NCBI GenBank assembly: GCA_963842525.1
Contig: CAWJGT010000019.1
Coordinates: 160,001 to 224,000, forward strand
DNA length: 64,000 nucleotides
Direction: 5' to 3'
DNA from: an uncultured Holophagales bacterium
GTDB lineage: Bacteria; Acidobacteriota; Thermoanaerobaculia; Multivoradales; UBA5704
The position numbers were made by a program, and so were the translations under genes. Below, piece after piece: positions 62,201 to 64,000 of this stretch (positions within the stretch are counted from its first letter, which is position 1; every line of letters starts with the position of its first letter). The notes under the pieces were generated by a model, which ran no database searches, had not been told where the DNA came from, and saw only the letters and a list, made by a program, of their open reading frames with translations.

Positions 62201-64000
62201 GAGGTCGAGGCCGCGCTGCTGGAGCATCCGGGGATCGGCGCCTGCGCGGTCCTCGCGCAGGGGACGCAAGGCCTGGTCGCCTATATGGTGCCGTCCGGGG
62301 AGGTCATTCCGACATCCGCCGAGCTCCGCAGCTTCCTTGCGGCGAAGCTGCCGTCCCCGGTGGTGCCTTCAGCGTTCGTGACGCTCGACGCCCTGCCGCT
62401 CAGCCCCGTCGGCAAGCTGGACCGCCGCGCCCTGGCCGCCCTGGCGCCGCCTGTCGAGGCCTCCGTCGGCGCGCACCTGCCGCCGCGCACCGCCACCGAG
62501 GAGATCGTCGCCGCGGTCTGGGCGGATCTCCTGGACGTCGAGCGCGTGGGCGTGGACGACAACTTCTTTGCGCTCGGCGGCCACTCCCTGCTCGGCATTC
62601 AGATGCTGTCGCGCGTGCGCACCCTGCTGCGGGTCGAGCTGCCGGTGCGCGCCCTGTTCGAGGAGCCGGCGCTCGCGGGCTTCGCTGCCCGCGTGGACTC
62701 GGTATTGGCGGCATCGGCGGCATCGGCGGCATCGCGCGAGGGCGCCGCCGCCCCACCGCCCCCCCTCCAGAGGATCGACCGGCACGGGGACCGGGAGGGC
62801 GGAGGGAGACTGCCGCTCTCCTTCGCCCAGGAGCGGCTCTGGTTCCTCGAGCAGCTCGAGCCGGGAACCGCGTTCTACAACATTCCCTCGGCCACCCGCT
62901 TCAACGGGCCTCTGCGGGTCGGCGTCCTGCGCCGCGGCTTCGCGGAGATCGTGCGCCGCCACGAGTCGCTGCGCACCACGTTCGGCGCGGCGCACGGCCA
63001 GCCCTTCCAGGTCATCGCACCCGACGTTGCCCTGCAGACGCCGGAGATGCCGATGATCGACCTGTCGGCGCTCGACGGCAGGGCACGTGACGCGGAGCTG
63101 CTGCGCCTGGCCACCGACGAGGTGCGGCGCCCGTTCGACCTGCAGCGCGGCCCGCTCGTGCGCGCTCCGCTCTTCCGGCTGGCGGCGTACGACCACGTCC
63201 TGGTGTCGACCCTGCACCACATCATCTCCGACGGCTGGTCGACGACCGTCCTGATCCGCGAGATGGCGGCGCTCTACGAGGCTTTCTCCGCGGGCCGTCC
63301 GTCGCCCCTGCCGGAGCTGCCCATCCAGTATGCCGACTACGCGGTCTGGCAGCGCAGCCACCTCCAGGGCGAGGCGCTCGCGGCCGAGGTTGCCTGGTGG
63401 CGCCGGCGCCTGGCCGGGCTGACGAGCCTCCAGCTCCCGGCCGACCGGCCGCGCCCGCCGGTCGAGACCTTCCGCGGCCGGCGGCGCCCCGCCGGGCTGT
63501 CGGGCGGGCTCACCGGCGCTCTCCACGAGCTGGGCCGCGGCGAGGGGGTCACGCTCTTCATGACTCTGCTCGCGGCCTTCCAGACGATGCTCCTGCGCTA
63601 CAGCGGGCAGACCGATCTGGCGGTGGGCTCGCCGATCGCCAACCGCAACCGCAGCGAGACCGAAGAGGTGATCGGCTTCTTCGCCAACACCCTGGTGCTG
63701 CGCACCGACCTGTCCGGAGATCCGACCTTCCGCGAGCTGCTGGCGCGGGTGCGGGAGGTGACCCTGGGGGCCTACGCGCACGAGAACCTGCCGTTCGAGA
63801 AGATCGTCCTGGAGCTCCAGCCGGAGCGCGACATGAGCCGCAATCCGCTGTTCCAGGTGATGTGCGTGCTGCAGAACCAGCCCTGGAAGGCGGCGCCGCT
63901 GCGCGACCTGGAGATCTCGGGGCTGAGCCTCGATACGGCGACGGCGAAGTTCGACCTGACCCTGTTCTGGCAGGAGACGGGGGGCGTGCTCGGCGCCCTC
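56222..64000 (+). CDS. Multimodular NRPS (C-A-T-C-A-T-C...), runs off window
   Basis: ATG 56222 after GGAGG; frame checked as consistent at 59585 and 62810. Three C domains (FAQERLWFL; HHI(I/V)SDGWS), two A domains (YTSGSTG.PKG, YRTGDL, GRIDHQVK), two T domains (FFALGGHSLL). Confidence 0.95.
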   Translation, partial: MVEKSRILADLSADQRHALLERLREKKLAQRGPGIRPRPVGLHPLPLAFAQERLWFLDQLEKGSAAYNLLFGVRLTGRLDRRALRRTLAELVRRHESLRTTFGQREGRPFQAVAPPAAPPLPWIDLSGVPASAGEAELLRVLRDEAAYPYDLECGPLLRCKLLRFRPDDHALAVAMHHIISDGWSMAVFLREMSDLYTAFAAGRPSPLPEPEIQYADFAVWQREHLSGATLETELAWWRERLAGLPVLELPTDRPRPARQSQRGAEARLTLDAAVAGRVHELGHREGATPFMVLLAVWKALLFRSTGQIDFAVGSPVANREHAEVAGLIGFFVNTLVLRTDLAGGPGFRELLGRVRRTSIAAYDHTALPFEKLVEHLQPERSGGNPLFQVLCHMQNQPWPELRIGDVRLAILDLGTQVAKLDLSLGWREEDGRLEGRLEYATDLYETASVERMLHCYGTLLDGALDDLERDVTELPLLDEAERQQLLREATGPAHARHAGQDRIEGRCIHHRIEEHAARTPEAPAVEGLTYRELNERANRLAWWLRAQGIGLEARVGVLFERSPEMVVAALGVLKAGAAYVPLDPSYPAERLAFLATDSQARLGSTDRPVIVTREGLAGLLPEDLARRARIVRLDADAANAADTAELARQPPGNPPPRATPGNLAYVVYTSGSTGQPKGAAVPHAALSRLVDWYAQAFGATPADRASWIASPAFDPAVREVWSCLACGAWLRIPDEGVRSEPARLAAWLADEGITLTYMPAPLAQAALPGPWPEDLRLRVFTVGGDRLVRRPPAGAPFQVYNLYGPAECTVNATCGRVEPHGTDLPSLGAPIAGARVYVVDPWGGLTPAGVPGEIWIGGWGVGRGYLDRPSWTAERFVPDAFGTAGDTAGERLYRTGDLGRRRPGGPLEFLGRIDHQVKVRGVRIELGEVEAALHAHPGVAACAVLVRDTSLVAYLVPADGAGPNSADLRRHLARRLPAAMVPAAFVVLDALPLNPNGKVDRRALARLEPPAGEAHAAAGAHVPPRTATEEILAAVWADLLGVERVGAHDDFFALGGHSLLGIQVLSRLRTLFGVELPVRALFEEPALAGFAARMDAVLAGLHESAVPAAAPLERVAREGRLPLSFAQERLWFLERLEPGTAFYNVPSATRFRGPLEVDVLRRGFAELVWRHEALRTTFDEENGRPFQVIAPAVAAEMPLIDLSALPGPLFDAELLRQATAEARRPFDLRRGPLVRTSLFRLAPQDHVLVSTLHHIVSDGWSMTVLIREMAALYEAFCDGRPSPLPELPVQYADYALWQRGWLQGAVLAAEIEWWRARLAGVPALQLPTDRPRLPVETFRGRQRPAGISAEMTGALHELSRREGVTLFMTLLAAFQTMLLRYSGQTDLAVGSPIANRNRSETEGVIGFFVNTLVLRTDLSCDPTFRKLLARVREVALGAYAHENLPFEKIVLELQPERDTSRNPLFQVMCVLQNQPWKAVRLRDLEISGLSLDTATAKLDLTLSWSTAGDALGALLEHNTDLFDDATAWRMYACCVAVLRAGVEDPDCRLGALPLLGEAERRQLLAEAAGPPCAWDGRCVHYRMEEQAARFPEAPAVDGLTYGELNARANRLAWWLRAQGAGPEMRVAVLLERSPAMVVAWLGVLKAGAAYVPLDPFYPADRLAWFLADSQAGVARPLVVTREGLAGLLPALQELPEDTVGRACILRLDADADELTRYGPGNPPALAMPENLAYVIYTSGSTGRPKGVAVAHSTVSRMADWHREAFGVTPADVATQVTSPAFDPAVWEIWSCLCCGASLRVPDDDVRAAPARLIAWMADQGITFGYMPTPLAEAAFAVQPWPAHLRLRVFVLGGDRLHRRPAADVPFAVYSLYGVTEGTVNSAGGRVAPHGRELPSIGRPIAGVRIHLLDSRGELVPAGVPGEVWIGGGLARGYLGRPDWTAERFLPDPFSGEPGERLYRTGDLARQRPGGDLDFLGRIDHQVKVRGLRIEPGEVEAALLEHPGIGACAVLAQGTQGLVAYMVPSGEVIPTSAELRSFLAAKLPSPVVPSAFVTLDALPLSPVGKLDRRALAALAPPVEASVGAHLPPRTATEEIVAAVWADLLDVERVGVDDNFFALGGHSLLGIQMLSRVRTLLRVELPVRALFEEPALAGFAARVDSVLAASAASAASREGAAAPPPPLQRIDRHGDREGGGRLPLSFAQERLWFLEQLEPGTAFYNIPSATRFNGPLRVGVLRRGFAEIVRRHESLRTTFGAAHGQPFQVIAPDVALQTPEMPMIDLSALDGRARDAELLRLATDEVRRPFDLQRGPLVRAPLFRLAAYDHVLVSTLHHIISDGWSTTVLIREMAALYEAFSAGRPSPLPELPIQYADYAVWQRSHLQGEALAAEVAWWRRRLAGLTSLQLPADRPRPPVETFRGRRRPAGLSGGLTGALHELGRGEGVTLFMTLLAAFQTMLLRYSGQTDLAVGSPIANRNRSETEEVIGFFANTLVLRTDLSGDPTFRELLARVREVTLGAYAHENLPFEKIVLELQPERDMSRNPLFQVMCVLQNQPWKAAPLRDLEISGLSLDTATAKFDLTLFWQETGGVLGAL

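Overview
GC-rich bacterial chromosome segment. Tandem GWxTD-like/VWA proteins, a lipoprotein sulfatase, a DUF5916 protein and the repeat style suggest Acidobacteriota, possibly Thermoanaerobaculia-like (inference only). Housekeeping/metabolic genes: kamA-like radical SAM (partial), HIT, MDR oxidoreductase, Rieske-FAD oxidoreductase, arginase-like, rsmI, aat, M28 peptidase, eno-ftsB, tRNA-fMet, MFS, Fe3+-type ABC transporter, YhaM-like HD nuclease and large NAD-GDH. Accessory content: a TIR-STAND-TPR protein, a GT-C/GT2/YdjC envelope-modification operon, an orphan BchE-like B12 radical SAM, two vapBC loci plus three antitoxins whose toxins are missing or truncated, and the start of a multimodular NRPS (C-A-T-C-A-T-C, runs off the end). 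The most unusual signals are non-coding: (i) two unrelated degenerate 21-bp-period arrays with dyad symmetry, both next to defence/TA-type genes; (ii) at least four REP/REPIN-like palindrome families, one nested inside IS-like MITE termini and also translated in frame inside two proteins; (iii) palindromes sitting exactly at gene 3' ends or where a toxin gene is expected. Several single-base frameshifts in otherwise intact genes look like long-read errors. All calls are by eye; no database search was run.
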